A stretch of 64,000 bases of DNA from Vampirovibrio chlorellavorus (GCA_001858525.1 LAPX01000009.1:3922-67921); one strand, 5' to 3'. Counted from the first letter of the stretch, positions 50,328 to 60,114 are shown. The notes: generated by a model not told the origin, from the letters alone. Numbers and translations: made by a program.

Positions 50328-51854
50328 GTGCAGCAGCGCTTATTTAACAAAATACTGGTGGCCAACCGGGGAGAAATCGCCGTTCGGGTCATGAAAACCA
50401 TTCAGGAAATGGGCATTCAGGCCGTGGCCTTAGCCTCCGATGCAGACTTGCAGGCGGAGCATGTGCGCCAGGCTGATGCGGTGATCCACCTGCCCGGCGA
50501 TAAGCCCGCCGACACGTACTTGCAGGGCGAAAAAATCGTTCAACTGGCCAAGGCAATTGGCGTGGATGCGGTGCATCCGGGGTATGGATTTTTATCGGAA
50601 AACGCCACGTTTGCGGAAGCGTGCCAAGCCGCTGGCATCACCTTTATTGGTCCCAGTCCCCAGGTCATTCGGGATATGGGCGATAAGATCATCGCCAAAG
50701 CGCTGATGCAACAAGCCGGTGTGCCCGTGGTGCCCGGTTGGGCCGGGGACTTGGAAACCGATTTTGCCCAGATTCTAAAAGAGGCCAATGCCATTGGCTA
50801 TCCCCTGTTGGTGAAGGCGGCTGCTGGGGGCGGGGGAAAGGGGATGCGTCTGGTGCATTCCGCGCAGGAATTAGAAAGCGCTTTTGGAGCAGCCGCTCGG
50901 GAAGCGCAAAGTGCCTTTGGCGATGCCCGGGTTTTTCTGGAGAAGTACATTACCAAGCCCCGCCATGTGGAGTTCCAGATTTTTGGCGATAGCCACGGCA
51001 ACGTGGTGCATTTGTTCGAGCGGGAATGCTCTATTCAACGCCGCCACCAAAAAATTATTGAAGAAAGCCCCTCTCCTGCATTGGACGCTGAATTGCGGGC
51101 CAAAATGGGCACTGCGGCGGTGAAAGCGGCTCAGGCCATGAGTTATACCAATGCGGGTACCGTGGAATTTATCGTCTCTGAACGCGGGGAATTTTACTTT
51201 TTGGAAGTGAATACCCGCTTACAAGTGGAACATCCGGTCACCGAGATGATTACCCAACTGGATTTGGTGCGCCTGCAAATTCAGGTGGCCGCAGGCTTGC
51301 CGTTGCCCTTTCAGCAGGCCGATTTGCGCCAAACCGGCCATGCGCTGGAATGTCGCATTTACGCCGAAGATCCGGCCCGGAATTTTATGCCCGGCATCGG
51401 CAAGCTGGCTTTTTATCGTCCTCCCAGTGGGCCGTTTATCCGGCTGGATAGCGGGGTGCGGGAAGGCTCTGAAGTGACCGTGCATTACGATCCCATGCTG
51501 GCCAAGTTGATCGTGTGGGGACCGGATCGGCAGGCGGCCCTGCAAAAAATGAGCTGGGCCCTGTCCCGCTTTGTGGTGCTGGGGGTGCCCAACAACGTGG
51601 AATATTTAAAGGCCATCGTGGATCACCCGGCATTTGTAGCCGGTCAGTTGCACACCCATTTTCTGGAGGAGCACGGGATTACCGCGCCCACCCCAGAACC
51701 ATCGGATGCGGTTTGGACCTTGGGGGCGCTCAGCGCCAGCCTGTTACAGGGTGGGTCTCAAACTAACGCGACGCAAACCGATCAGACCGGTCAGACAACT
51801 TTTTCCCCGTGGCAGCAAGGGGGCGCATGGAGGGCTTTGTCATGCCAAAAGTAA
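50328..51854 (+). CDS. mccA: Methylcrotonyl-CoA carboxylase alpha subunit, biotin carboxylase part (terminates prematurely after the SPW...AWR linker)
   Basis: Biotin carboxylase N-, ATP-grasp and C-domains; ends 'FSPWQQGGAWRALSCQK*'. Confidence 0.85.
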   Translation: MQQRLFNKILVANRGEIAVRVMKTIQEMGIQAVALASDADLQAEHVRQADAVIHLPGDKPADTYLQGEKIVQLAKAIGVDAVHPGYGFLSENATFAEACQAAGITFIGPSPQVIRDMGDKIIAKALMQQAGVPVVPGWAGDLETDFAQILKEANAIGYPLLVKAAAGGGGKGMRLVHSAQELESAFGAAAREAQSAFGDARVFLEKYITKPRHVEFQIFGDSHGNVVHLFERECSIQRRHQKIIEESPSPALDAELRAKMGTAAVKAAQAMSYTNAGTVEFIVSERGEFYFLEVNTRLQVEHPVTEMITQLDLVRLQIQVAAGLPLPFQQADLRQTGHALECRIYAEDPARNFMPGIGKLAFYRPPSGPFIRLDSGVREGSEVTVHYDPMLAKLIVWGPDRQAALQKMSWALSRFVVLGVPNNVEYLKAIVDHPAFVAGQLHTHFLEEHGITAPTPEPSDAVWTLGALSASLLQGGSQTNATQTDQTGQTTFSPWQQGGAWRALSCQK

Positions 51855-52375
51855 AACTGTCCGCACTGGGCAAAGCGCCGGAGTTGTTTGAATATCAGCT
51901 ACAGGGCAGCATTTTTTCCATTCAACGGGACGGCCAAACCCAAACCGGAACTGTAGTGCTGAGCGGGCCGGGGGAAGGCTGGCTGACACTGGACGGAGAG
52001 ATTCTGCCCTTTTTTATGACCCAGCAAGCAGACGGTCCGGTGGATCGTTTGAGCATTTGGCTGCAAGGGCAGGTGTACCATCTAGAGCGGCACAGTGCCA
52101 ATGTCCGGGCCGCCGGGGCCAAACCCTCTATGTTGTCGGATGGGGACATTAAGGCCCCCATGCCGGGCACTGTTTTAAAAATACTGGCGCAACCGGGAGA
52201 CAGCGTGGCAGCCAACCAGCCGCTGATCATTATGGAATCCATGAAAATGGAAATGACCCTGTCCGTGCCACAAGCGGGCACGGTGCAGGCAGTGCGTTGC
52301 GAGGAGGGTCAGTTGGTGGACATGGGCGCCATACTGATGCAATTGACCATCCCCCCGCCGGAGGGCAATGCTTAA
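51809..52375 (+). CDS. mccA: Methylcrotonyl-CoA carboxylase alpha subunit, C-terminal biotinyl (BCCP) fragment, -1 frame relative to the upstream part (frameshift or pseudogene)
   Basis: Biotinyl domain 'IMESMKMEM'. Its frame is shifted by one nucleotide relative to 50328-51854, with a 46-nt overlap. Confidence 0.65.
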   Translation: MAARGRMEGFVMPKVKLSALGKAPELFEYQLQGSIFSIQRDGQTQTGTVVLSGPGEGWLTLDGEILPFFMTQQADGPVDRLSIWLQGQVYHLERHSANVRAAGAKPSMLSDGDIKAPMPGTVLKILAQPGDSVAANQPLIIMESMKMEMTLSVPQAGTVQAVRCEEGQLVDMGAILMQLTIPPPEGNA

Positions 52376-52475
52376 CCCTGATTGCCATGCTTTAAGCAAG
52401 GTTTTGCCGGAAGGCTTGTTTTGACGGCCGAACGTTTTACAATTGAGGGCTAGCAGGCAAGGGAGGACAGGCGCT

Positions 52476-53447
52476 ATGGATACCCCGGTCAATGCAGTTG
52501 AGCCAGTCAAAGCGGTCAAACCCAAAACAGTTAAAATCGTGGAAGTGGGGCCTCGGGATGGGTTGCAGAACGAAAAGGCCCTGATCGATACGGCCACCAA
52601 GTGCCAATTTATCGAAAAACTGTCCGATGCCGGATTGAAATTCATTGAGGTCACTTCCTTTGTCAGTCCCAAGGCCGTGCCCCAATTGTCGGACGCCTTA
52701 GACGTGGTAAAGAGTTTGCCCGTGCGCCCGGGGGTGCATTATTCGGCCTTGGTGCCCAATATCAAAGGGCTGGAACGCGCTCTGGAATCTGGTATTCGGG
52801 AGATTGCCGTGTTCACGGCGGCTTCTAATAGCTTCACCCAAAATAATATCAACATGACCATTGAAGAATCGCTGGCCGCCTTTACCCCGGTGGTGGAGCG
52901 GGCCCGCCGGGAAGGCCTGTTTGTGCGGGGCTATATTTCCACCGCCTTTTATTGCCCCTTTGAAGGCAAAATTGAAAAAGAGCCGGTGTTGGCTATTTCC
53001 CAGCGCCTGCTGGATTTGGGGGTTCAGGAAATTTCCATTGGGGACACCATTGGGCAAGCCGTGCCGAAAGACGTGCACACCACCATGACCCATCTGCTGC
53101 AATATTTACCGTTGGCCCAAGTGGCCATGCACTTTCATGATACCAACGGCATGGCCATTGAGAATGTCAAAACTTCCTTGGATTTGGGCATTTCCATCTT
53201 CGATTCATCGGCCGGGGGGCTGGGGGGCTGCCCTTATGCCCCGGGGGCTTCCGGCAATTTATCCACCGATGCGCTGGTTCATTTCCTACACCAGCAAGGC
53301 ATTCAAACCGGGGTTGATGAAGCCAGATTGGCCGAAGCCTCCGCTCTGATTCGCCAGGTCATTCAGCAGACCGATGGCCTGGTAGAGGACATTGGCAATT
53401 TAGAGTATCTGGGGCAAGTGACTTACCCGCCCTCCAGTCCTTTGTAA
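52476..53447 (+). CDS. hmgL: Hydroxymethylglutaryl-CoA lyase
   Basis: 'VKIVEVGPRDGLQNE' and a TIM-barrel HMGL-like fold. The track ORF starts at 52443; the internal ATG is more likely. Confidence 0.9.
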   Translation: MDTPVNAVEPVKAVKPKTVKIVEVGPRDGLQNEKALIDTATKCQFIEKLSDAGLKFIEVTSFVSPKAVPQLSDALDVVKSLPVRPGVHYSALVPNIKGLERALESGIREIAVFTAASNSFTQNNINMTIEESLAAFTPVVERARREGLFVRGYISTAFYCPFEGKIEKEPVLAISQRLLDLGVQEISIGDTIGQAVPKDVHTTMTHLLQYLPLAQVAMHFHDTNGMAIENVKTSLDLGISIFDSSAGGLGGCPYAPGASGNLSTDALVHFLHQQGIQTGVDEARLAEASALIRQVIQQTDGLVEDIGNLEYLGQVTYPPSSPL

Positions 53448-53472
53448 TGCCATCGTAAGTAATGTCACCCTA

Positions 53473-54177
53473 ATGCTGCCGCAAAATTATTTTCAATATT
53501 TAGAAGCCCCTGAACTGGATTCCACCAATGAGGAGGCCAAGCGCTTGTTGCAGGCTGAGGCGTTTACAGGCCCTGCCATCATTCGGGCCCATCATCAAAC
53601 TGCCGGGCGGGGCACTCAGGGCCGACCGTGGATCTCTCCGGCCGGGGCGGGGCTGTATTTTTCGGTGGTGCATCCTTTTTCCTTTTGGGTGGATGTACCG
53701 CCCGCATTGGTGCCCATTACGCCGCTTTTTACCATTGCCGCCGGGGTGGCCTGCGCCGAAAGCATTCGGGAGTTGACCGGGCTGGATATTCAACTGAAAC
53801 CCATCAACGATTTGTACGTTCAACAGCAAAAGTTGGGCGGCATTCTGGTGGAAAGCCTGATTAGCCAGAACCAATGCCAAGCTCTGATTACCGGCATAGG
53901 CATTAACGTGTATGCGCATACCGCGACGGTAGATGCCTGTCTGCAAGAAGGGCGGGGGAATCGGCCCATTAGTCTGGAAGCCTGTATTCCGCCGCATCGT
54001 TTTGAACAGTTCCGTCGCTTGGATGGCGGGCAGGGGCAAGCCCTGATGCGGGAACTATGCGACGCCATTGCCGGCAATCTGGATGGCTTGTATCGGTCAT
54101 TGATTTTGGGAGAGAAACAAAGCATTCTATCCCGCTACAGTAATTTACAACTGCCCGGGACTGAATTGGAGTTATAA
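53473..54177 (+). CDS. birA: Biotin--[acetyl-CoA-carboxylase] ligase (BPL/BirA catalytic domain, no N-terminal HTH)
   Basis: 'Q.AGRGR.GR.W.SP.G.GLY.S' biotin-binding motif. Confidence 0.75.
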   Translation: MLPQNYFQYLEAPELDSTNEEAKRLLQAEAFTGPAIIRAHHQTAGRGTQGRPWISPAGAGLYFSVVHPFSFWVDVPPALVPITPLFTIAAGVACAESIRELTGLDIQLKPINDLYVQQQKLGGILVESLISQNQCQALITGIGINVYAHTATVDACLQEGRGNRPISLEACIPPHRFEQFRRLDGGQGQALMRELCDAIAGNLDGLYRSLILGEKQSILSRYSNLQLPGTELEL

Positions 54178-54286
54178 ACAACTTCTTTTGAGATAATAGT
54201 ATTAAGTTTTTTTAAGCAAATCGTTTTTTATCTAAAGTCTTTGTCTGGTTGGTCGATACTCAATTCGTAAGAACATTTTATCCACT

Positions 54287-54928
54287 TTGTTTGAGAGGAT
54301 TAGCATGAGAATTCGGAAAGCAAAAAACTTTTGGACGGGTTTTACCTTATCCGAATTATTGGTTTCTTTGCTGATTTTGGGAGAAATCGCCACCTTCACC
54401 ATTCCTAAAATCCTGAGTGCCCAGCAAAATGGTCAAAACAATGCCAGGGCCAAAGCGGTGGCCGCTATGCTTTCCGAGGCGTTTAATATTCACAAGCTGA
54501 ATGGCTTGGTGACCGCCAGCACCCGGACAACCGATTTAACCCCTTACATGAACTATCTCTCGTATGATACGACTTCCGGCAGGGCGGTAGACTATATTCC
54601 TCGGTATTCTTATTATTTCACATGTAGTAGTGCTTACCCCTGTCTGGATCTGCCGGGCGGAGGGGTTTTAATGTTGTTGAATAATTGCTTCTTGGGGGGG
54701 ACCAGTAGCCTGAATTATCTGGATTTTCTCTATGACCCAGATGGTACCTTCAACGGAGATTACACGGTCAATACTTTTAATGGCCAAGGTAAGTCCATCT
54801 ATTTTGCACTGTACGCTAATGGCTTTTTGACTACCCGGAACAATATGAAAAGTGGCAGTGTGCAAGGTGGTTGTGCCGGGACTACCGGACCTGGGACAGG
54901 CTTCGATCCGGGTTGGTTTGAGTGGTAA
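54287..54928 (+). CDS. Type IV prepilin-like protein (paralog 2)
   Basis: 'TGFTLSELLVSLLILGEIATFTIPK' with a canonical G-F-T-L-x-E. Ends 'GFDPGWFEW', similar to the paralog at 39883-40515. Confidence 0.65.
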   Translation: MFERISMRIRKAKNFWTGFTLSELLVSLLILGEIATFTIPKILSAQQNGQNNARAKAVAAMLSEAFNIHKLNGLVTASTRTTDLTPYMNYLSYDTTSGRAVDYIPRYSYYFTCSSAYPCLDLPGGGVLMLLNNCFLGGTSSLNYLDFLYDPDGTFNGDYTVNTFNGQGKSIYFALYANGFLTTRNNMKSGSVQGGCAGTTGPGTGFDPGWFEW

Positions 54929-55004
54929 ACGAAAAACGGACTCTCTTTCGGGGGGCTGTGCCCAGTCGGAGAGTCCGCAAAATTTTCGATTTCGATCGGT
55001 GGAT

Positions 55005-55907
55005 TTAAGTCACCACCCCGTTCAGGCGATCCGCTTCCAATCCGTTCCAGAAGGCGGCCAAGCCTTCCAGCATTTCTTTACCGCCTGCCAAAAACTTGGC
55101 CCGATCAAAGCGGGGATCATCAAAGATCTCTTTTAGCTCTTCCTGGGTGTGGGCAGCGTGTTGGGCTTCCAGCCGGTTATGCCAGGCAAAAAAGGCCAAC
55201 GATAAATCCGGGACCTGGGTTTTGCGAATTTTCAGCAGGCCATCTTCCAGTTCTTGCCAAAAACCAGCGGCGGCCCAATTCTCAATGGCAAAACTGGCCC
55301 CGGCGGCAATGCTGGCGTCTTCACTGCCATACAAGCGGGATAGTTCATCACAGAAAAACAGGGTGGAGGCGGTGCCGTGGCGGCGCTTGCCCAAATCATC
55401 GAAGCCCAGGTTTAGGGGCTTGCCGAATTTGAGCAACCATTCAAAGTGAGCGGCCCCAAAGCGGAAGGTGCCCCCTTCAATGGTGCCTTCGGTACTCACG
55501 AACTCCGGGTCGCCTTCCTGATCAGTGTTATTTCCGGACTGGGCTGGAGTGGCTTTCCCTTTGTGGTTGAAAATAACCCCTAACTCGTTGGCCAAAATCT
55601 CTTTGGCCTGATGCATGGATTCCAAAGAGTCGGCGTTCAGCATTTTTTTGAGCTGGGCGATTAAAAACAGGTTGGAAAAAACGGAAAACTGAATGGCAAA
55701 GTGCCGCAATTGGGGGATGGTCACATCGCCGTGGGCGAACCATTGGGTGAAGCGGTTATTAACCACAATGGGGTGCTGTAAAAATTCCTGCTCCACCAGC
55801 TTGGTAAAGCTCTGGTAGTCCATTTGATTCAAGTCCTGAATTGAATGCGCCATGGTTTTGCCCTCAATCCCAGTTGCTAATACAGTCATGTGCTTTCCCT
55901 CCTTCAC
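55005..55907 (-). CDS. Hypothetical protein, possibly heme-oxygenase-like fold (PqqC/TenA/CADD-like); very tentative
   Basis: All-helical composition with scattered His/Glu; no secure motif. Confidence 0.3.
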   Translation of the reverse strand: MKEGKHMTVLATGIEGKTMAHSIQDLNQMDYQSFTKLVEQEFLQHPIVVNNRFTQWFAHGDVTIPQLRHFAIQFSVFSNLFLIAQLKKMLNADSLESMHQAKEILANELGVIFNHKGKATPAQSGNNTDQEGDPEFVSTEGTIEGGTFRFGAAHFEWLLKFGKPLNLGFDDLGKRRHGTASTLFFCDELSRLYGSEDASIAAGASFAIENWAAAGFWQELEDGLLKIRKTQVPDLSLAFFAWHNRLEAQHAAHTQEELKEIFDDPRFDRAKFLAGGKEMLEGLAAFWNGLEADRLNGVVT

Positions 55908-55940
55908 TTTATACGATGTTGGCTAAAAACGGAATCCCGC

Positions 55941-56411
55941 CTATGTGGGGCTGTTGATAGCGGGCAGCGGCGGATGCCCCCGCTTCAGCATGTTCAAAAC
56001 GGTCATGGATTCCATCCGATCGATGCAACCCAGGGGCAATAGTTTCTGGTTGATGAACTGAGAGAGGGCCTGAATATCGGCAACCGCAATGTGGGCGATA
56101 AAATCAGCCTGACCCAGGGTTTGCGCACAGGTCAGCACTTCATCCATTTCCCGCACAATGGCCTCAAACCGCTCAATCTCCGCAGGATTTTGATTTTTAA
56201 GGGTGAATGTCATAAACAATTCCAGAGTCCGACCCACTTGGCTAGGTTCCACCTGAGCGCGGTACCCATGGATGATCCCCGACTCCTCCAGTCGCCGCAC
56301 CCGCTCCAGTGTGGCGGATTCTGACAGGCCAATATGCTTGGCCAGTTTGCTGTTGGTCAAACGGCCATCCAGCATTAAATGCCTCAAAATCGATTGATCG
56401 ATTGCGTTCAT
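55941..56411 (-). CDS. lrp: Lrp/AsnC family transcriptional regulator
   Basis: HTH 'LDGRLTNSKLAKHIGLSESATLERVRRLE' plus a RAM domain. Confidence 0.85.
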   Translation of the reverse strand: MNAIDQSILRHLMLDGRLTNSKLAKHIGLSESATLERVRRLEESGIIHGYRAQVEPSQVGRTLELFMTFTLKNQNPAEIERFEAIVREMDEVLTCAQTLGQADFIAHIAVADIQALSQFINQKLLPLGCIDRMESMTVLNMLKRGHPPLPAINSPT

Positions 56412-56491
56412 AAAATATTATTTAGAACAAAGGTGTTTTTTTAGCAATCTATTTTGAGAGCAGTGCTTGTTTCGAAATTTTCTGCGGTCTG

Positions 56492-57250
56492 TTAGGGGGC
56501 CGGTGGTTTAAGCACTAACAGGATGGCGATGAGCAACAACAATAATCCAAATCCTTGCTTTAAACGCCGCTGCCCTATTTTCAGGCTCAGGGCAAATCCC
56601 AGCAGACTGCCAATCACTGTGCTGAACATCAGGCCATAAAAAATAGGCTTATACCATGGCAGGGTAGACCAATAGCCCACTGTTCCGGATGCTGCGTTGA
56701 GGCAGATAATGAGCAATGAGGTGGCAATGGCCCGCCGTGGTTCCAGATCTTGAAATAGAATCAGGGCCGGAACAATGAGAAAGCCACCGCCCACCCCCAC
56801 CAGGCCCGTTAAAATACCGATGGCCAAACCCACGATTATTAATCGTAGGCTTTTAAGCCAGGCTGGCATGGGTGTTTTTACATGTTCGGTCACAGGGGCC
56901 GGTCGATACAAGCGCCAGACCGAAAGCAGAATTAAGCCGATGAGTAATTTCATCAAAAAGGCTTGGGGAATGAAGGCCGCAAACCGGCTCCCCAGAAGTG
57001 CTCCCAAACTGCCACTCAAGCCCATCCACAGTGCTGCAGGCAAGTCCACTTCTTGTTTGCGCCAATATAAAAGCAGACTCGGGAGCGCTCCCAGAGTCAC
57101 CAACAAAAGGCTGGCCCCAACGGCCTCCCGGAATGGAAAGTGGAACGCGTAGAGCAGAATAGGAATACTGACCAAGGCACCGCCGCCGCCCAACAGACCG
57201 AGAATCAGGCCAATGAATAGGCCCCAGACAATGGTGAGCATCCAGATCAT
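56492..57250 (-). CDS. Sulfite exporter TauE/SafE family membrane protein
   Basis: A polytopic protein with two internal repeats carrying Gly-rich 'GGGG' motifs. Confidence 0.8.
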   Translation of the reverse strand: MIWMLTIVWGLFIGLILGLLGGGGALVSIPILLYAFHFPFREAVGASLLLVTLGALPSLLLYWRKQEVDLPAALWMGLSGSLGALLGSRFAAFIPQAFLMKLLIGLILLSVWRLYRPAPVTEHVKTPMPAWLKSLRLIIVGLAIGILTGLVGVGGGFLIVPALILFQDLEPRRAIATSLLIICLNAASGTVGYWSTLPWYKPIFYGLMFSTVIGSLLGFALSLKIGQRRLKQGFGLLLLLIAILLVLKPPAP

Positions 57251-58035
57251 TGGGCGTTAAAGGCCACGTAGTACTCGAGATTATCCGGTTTTTCTTCTTG
57301 TGCGTAATGGGCAGTCATGAATGCCACAAACGCCTCTTGGGAAGAAATTTGTAATCGGTGGTTGTGCTGGCTGACTGCTGAAAGGGGACTGCTTATATGG
57401 TTGTTGTAATCGTGGCCGGGGTGAATGGTGTAATCATCCGGGAATTGGGCCAATTGATGGATGGAGCGGTACTGCTGCCCCGCATCGCCTCCGGGTAAAT
57501 CGGCCCGTCCGCAACTTTTGATAAACAGGCTATCCCCGGTGAATAAACGCTTGCCCAGGCGAATACTGGTCATATCCACGGTGTGACCGGGGGTGTGCAA
57601 AAACTGGAACGTCATACCGCCCAGGGTGCGCTCGTCACCGTCTTTGATCCGCTCAGTGACAAAGCGGGAGGGTGCCTGCTGGTGCATAATGTAGGGCACC
57701 TGCAAGAGTTGACTCAAAGTCGGGGCGGCAGTGGCGTGTTCGGCATGGGTGTGGGTATCTATAACTGCAACCAGACGCAGCTTGTTTTGATCCAACGTTA
57801 GCAGGTAAGCGCCCAGAATTTCCAGATCCGGATCGATCAAGACCACTTCTTTGGTTTGCGGGTTGAGGATGAAGTAGGACAAGTTGCCTTCCCCGCTCCA
57901 CAGGGGGTAAATTTCCGCCTGTTCCTCGAAAAAAATGTCAACCGCAAAATGCTGATAGTGCATGGGAATATAAGGGTGAATACTCGGTTGCTGTGTGGTT
58001 TTTGTGGAGGACATGGTGAGGTCTCCTTGTTTCAA
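57247..58035 (-). CDS. MBL-fold metallo-hydrolase (persulfide dioxygenase / Blh-like)
   Basis: 'IDTHTHAEH' (HxHxDH), 'HTPGHT' and a later 'HPGHDY'. Overlaps tauE by 4 nt. Confidence 0.7.
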   Translation of the reverse strand: MKQGDLTMSSTKTTQQPSIHPYIPMHYQHFAVDIFFEEQAEIYPLWSGEGNLSYFILNPQTKEVVLIDPDLEILGAYLLTLDQNKLRLVAVIDTHTHAEHATAAPTLSQLLQVPYIMHQQAPSRFVTERIKDGDERTLGGMTFQFLHTPGHTVDMTSIRLGKRLFTGDSLFIKSCGRADLPGGDAGQQYRSIHQLAQFPDDYTIHPGHDYNNHISSPLSAVSQHNHRLQISSQEAFVAFMTAHYAQEEKPDNLEYYVAFNAQ

Positions 58036-58089
58036 TCATTTATTTAATTTCAGACATTTACTCAAGATGAATACTGCATTAAAATCTAG

Positions 58090-58623
58090 TTAGCCAAGGC
58101 TACAATTTGTGGGTGGTTTTTGCTGATTTGGCAAACGATTCCAGGGCATTTTTCCTAAAATCACAGCCATCATGCAGGTGTTGGTCAGTCCGGCCACCAG
58201 CATGCCCGCACCGGCAATCAGGGCCAAAAACCACAAAGGTTTAAAAAGGACCCCGGTGAGTACCATCACTCCCACAATGATTTGGACTTGCTGCATAATG
58301 CTGTAGCCTTTTTTGAAGACGCGTGTTTCTCGCTGGGCAGCTTTCCAGCCTTGCAATCCGCCGTCTAAAAGCTGCAAGTTTTGAAAACCCAAAGCTTGCA
58401 ATTGTTGGCAAGCTTGACTGGCCCGGTTTCCGCTTCGGCAACTCACAATGATTTCGGGCAGGGCTTTCAACTGTTCAGCGGACGCTGATAGTGCCTGCAA
58501 GGGGATGTTCACGGAGCCGGGGATGTGCTCCTGGGCGAATTCATCCGGGCTGCGCACATCCACAATCAGTCCGGTTTTTTCGGCTGGAATTTGATCCGCT
58601 TTAAGGTGTTGAATCACGTTCAT
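58090..58623 (-). CDS. Rhodanese-domain protein fused to a DUF2892 (YgaP-like) membrane domain
   Basis: Active-site 'CRSGNRAS', then two C-terminal TM helices. Confidence 0.75.
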   Translation of the reverse strand: MNVIQHLKADQIPAEKTGLIVDVRSPDEFAQEHIPGSVNIPLQALSASAEQLKALPEIIVSCRSGNRASQACQQLQALGFQNLQLLDGGLQGWKAAQRETRVFKKGYSIMQQVQIIVGVMVLTGVLFKPLWFLALIAGAGMLVAGLTNTCMMAVILGKMPWNRLPNQQKPPTNCSLG

Positions 58624-58671
58624 TTTTGATGTGTCCTTTGCTTTGCTTGGGGGATGTCGTTGCGGTTAAGG

Positions 58672-58965
58672 CTACAGTTCCAGTTCCGGGCAGTAAATGC
58701 GCTGCAGTAAGAAAAGCAGCTCTAGCAGACGTTCGTCTTTCACCCGGTAAAACACCTGGGTTCCTTCACGACGGGCTACCAGAATGTCTTTATCTTTCAT
58801 GGTGGCTAAATGGGTGGACATGTTGGATTGAGAAGTTCCCACGGCTGCTTCCAGGGCTTGCACACTTTGCTCTCCGTCTTTCAGCACGCACAAAATAGCC
58901 AAGCGGATGGGGTTGGATAATGCTTTCAGGCAGCGTGTGGCTTTTTCTATTTTTTCTAAGTCCAT
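58672..58965 (-). CDS. ArsR/SmtB family regulator (BigR/SqrR-like)
   Basis: Winged HTH 'LSNPIRLAIL..L..GE.SV..L' with Cys residues at both ends. Confidence 0.8.
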   Translation of the reverse strand: MDLEKIEKATRCLKALSNPIRLAILCVLKDGEQSVQALEAAVGTSQSNMSTHLATMKDKDILVARREGTQVFYRVKDERLLELLFLLQRIYCPELEL

Positions 58966-58994
58966 AAAATCAAAGTCCTTTATCTAAACATCAT

Positions 58995-59008
58995 AATATC
59001 ATGATATT
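58995..59008. promoter_or_regulatory. Perfect 14-bp palindrome AATATCATGATATT about 30 bp upstream of the ArsR/BigR start; candidate operator
   Basis: Read directly from the sequence. ArsR-family repressors bind AT-rich inverted repeats overlapping their own promoters. Confidence 0.45.
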
Positions 59009-59259
59009 TAAATCTTTCAAGGTCAGAATCCCAAAACAAGGCAAACTATCATTAATGCCTGAAGTTGGCCCAAATTACCCAACCGGGTAATGCCAGAAAT
59101 TAGCCTTTACGCAATGAGCAGAAGTGTTAAAATCCAACACAACAGTCACCGTTGGGCAAATTTTTATTTGCCGATTGACTGGGGTAATTGTCGCAGTGAT
59201 GTCGTTGTTAGGGATATGGAACATCGGATTTATAGACAGGAGTAGGAGGGGAGTCATCA

Positions 59260-60114
59260 ATGATACCAATGAATGGGACCGGGTGCTGGCAAGGTGCTCT
59301 GAGTAAAGTGACTTATTTGTTCTTGGGGACATGTGTGTGCCTGGGTGTGCCATTGAGTCCTGATGCCTTGGCCGCAACTCCACCCGTCAAGGCGCCGGTA
59401 AAGACCGCCGCCAAGGCTGGGGAAACGGTCAATACGGTCAAGAAAACGGTTGAAACCGAAACGCATAAGGTACAGCAGACCATTCAAAACCCTGCCAGTC
59501 CTTCTGCTGCAACTGCAACCCCTGCGTCCCCTGCCAAAAAAATGCCGACGCAGCAGGTTTCTCAATGGGCCAACGATGCGGTTGAGAAAATAGAATCCGC
59601 ACAAACTTCCATTGAACATAACCAGTTGCCGGAGGCCAAGCATCAACTGACTGAGGCTCAATCTTTACTGGATCACATTCAGCAAAGCGAGCCCACGGGC
59701 AAAGCCATTAATCAGGTGGAATTGACCCGGAAGCAGCTTGAAACGGGGCAGATTAGCACAGCGGCGGATTTGGCCCCGCTGGATCAGGAAATCGTGGCGT
59801 TTGAAATGGTGACCCCGGCTCCTCAGGCCAAGCAGCATTTAAAGCTGGCCAAACAAAGCCTGCAGGAAAAGAACAAGTCCAATGCCACTGAGCACCTGGT
59901 GGATGTTGAAAGCCAGTTAATTTATGCTGAGGCCAATTTGCCGGTTTCCCGAACCAAGCAGGATGTGCTGGGGGCGCAAACTTTGCTGGAGCAAGGTAAG
60001 CCCAAAGAGGCCCACAAGTTGCTGACGGACTCCCTGAAGCACATTCAGGTTATGGCCGTGGAAACCGAGAAAGACACGCAGATGAAACTCCCTCAAAGCG
60101 TGCCGACTCACTAG
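59260..60114 (+). CDS. Secreted helical protein, YfdX-like (tentative)
   Basis: Signal peptide plus a Pro/Ala-rich linker; the C-terminal helical repeats faintly resemble YfdX. Confidence 0.3.
   Translation: MIPMNGTGCWQGALSKVTYLFLGTCVCLGVPLSPDALAATPPVKAPVKTAAKAGETVNTVKKTVETETHKVQQTIQNPASPSAATATPASPAKKMPTQQVSQWANDAVEKIESAQTSIEHNQLPEAKHQLTEAQSLLDHIQQSEPTGKAINQVELTRKQLETGQISTAADLAPLDQEIVAFEMVTPAPQAKQHLKLAKQSLQEKNKSNATEHLVDVESQLIYAEANLPVSRTKQDVLGAQTLLEQGKPKEAHKLLTDSLKHIQVMAVETEKDTQMKLPQSVPTH

Noticed and set aside
51809-52375. Treating the BCCP ORF as an independent gene with its own GTG start
   Set aside because: It overlaps the upstream BC ORF by 46 nt in the -1 frame, and the SPW...WR linker reads straight across. 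A homopolymer frameshift within one mccA is more parsimonious.
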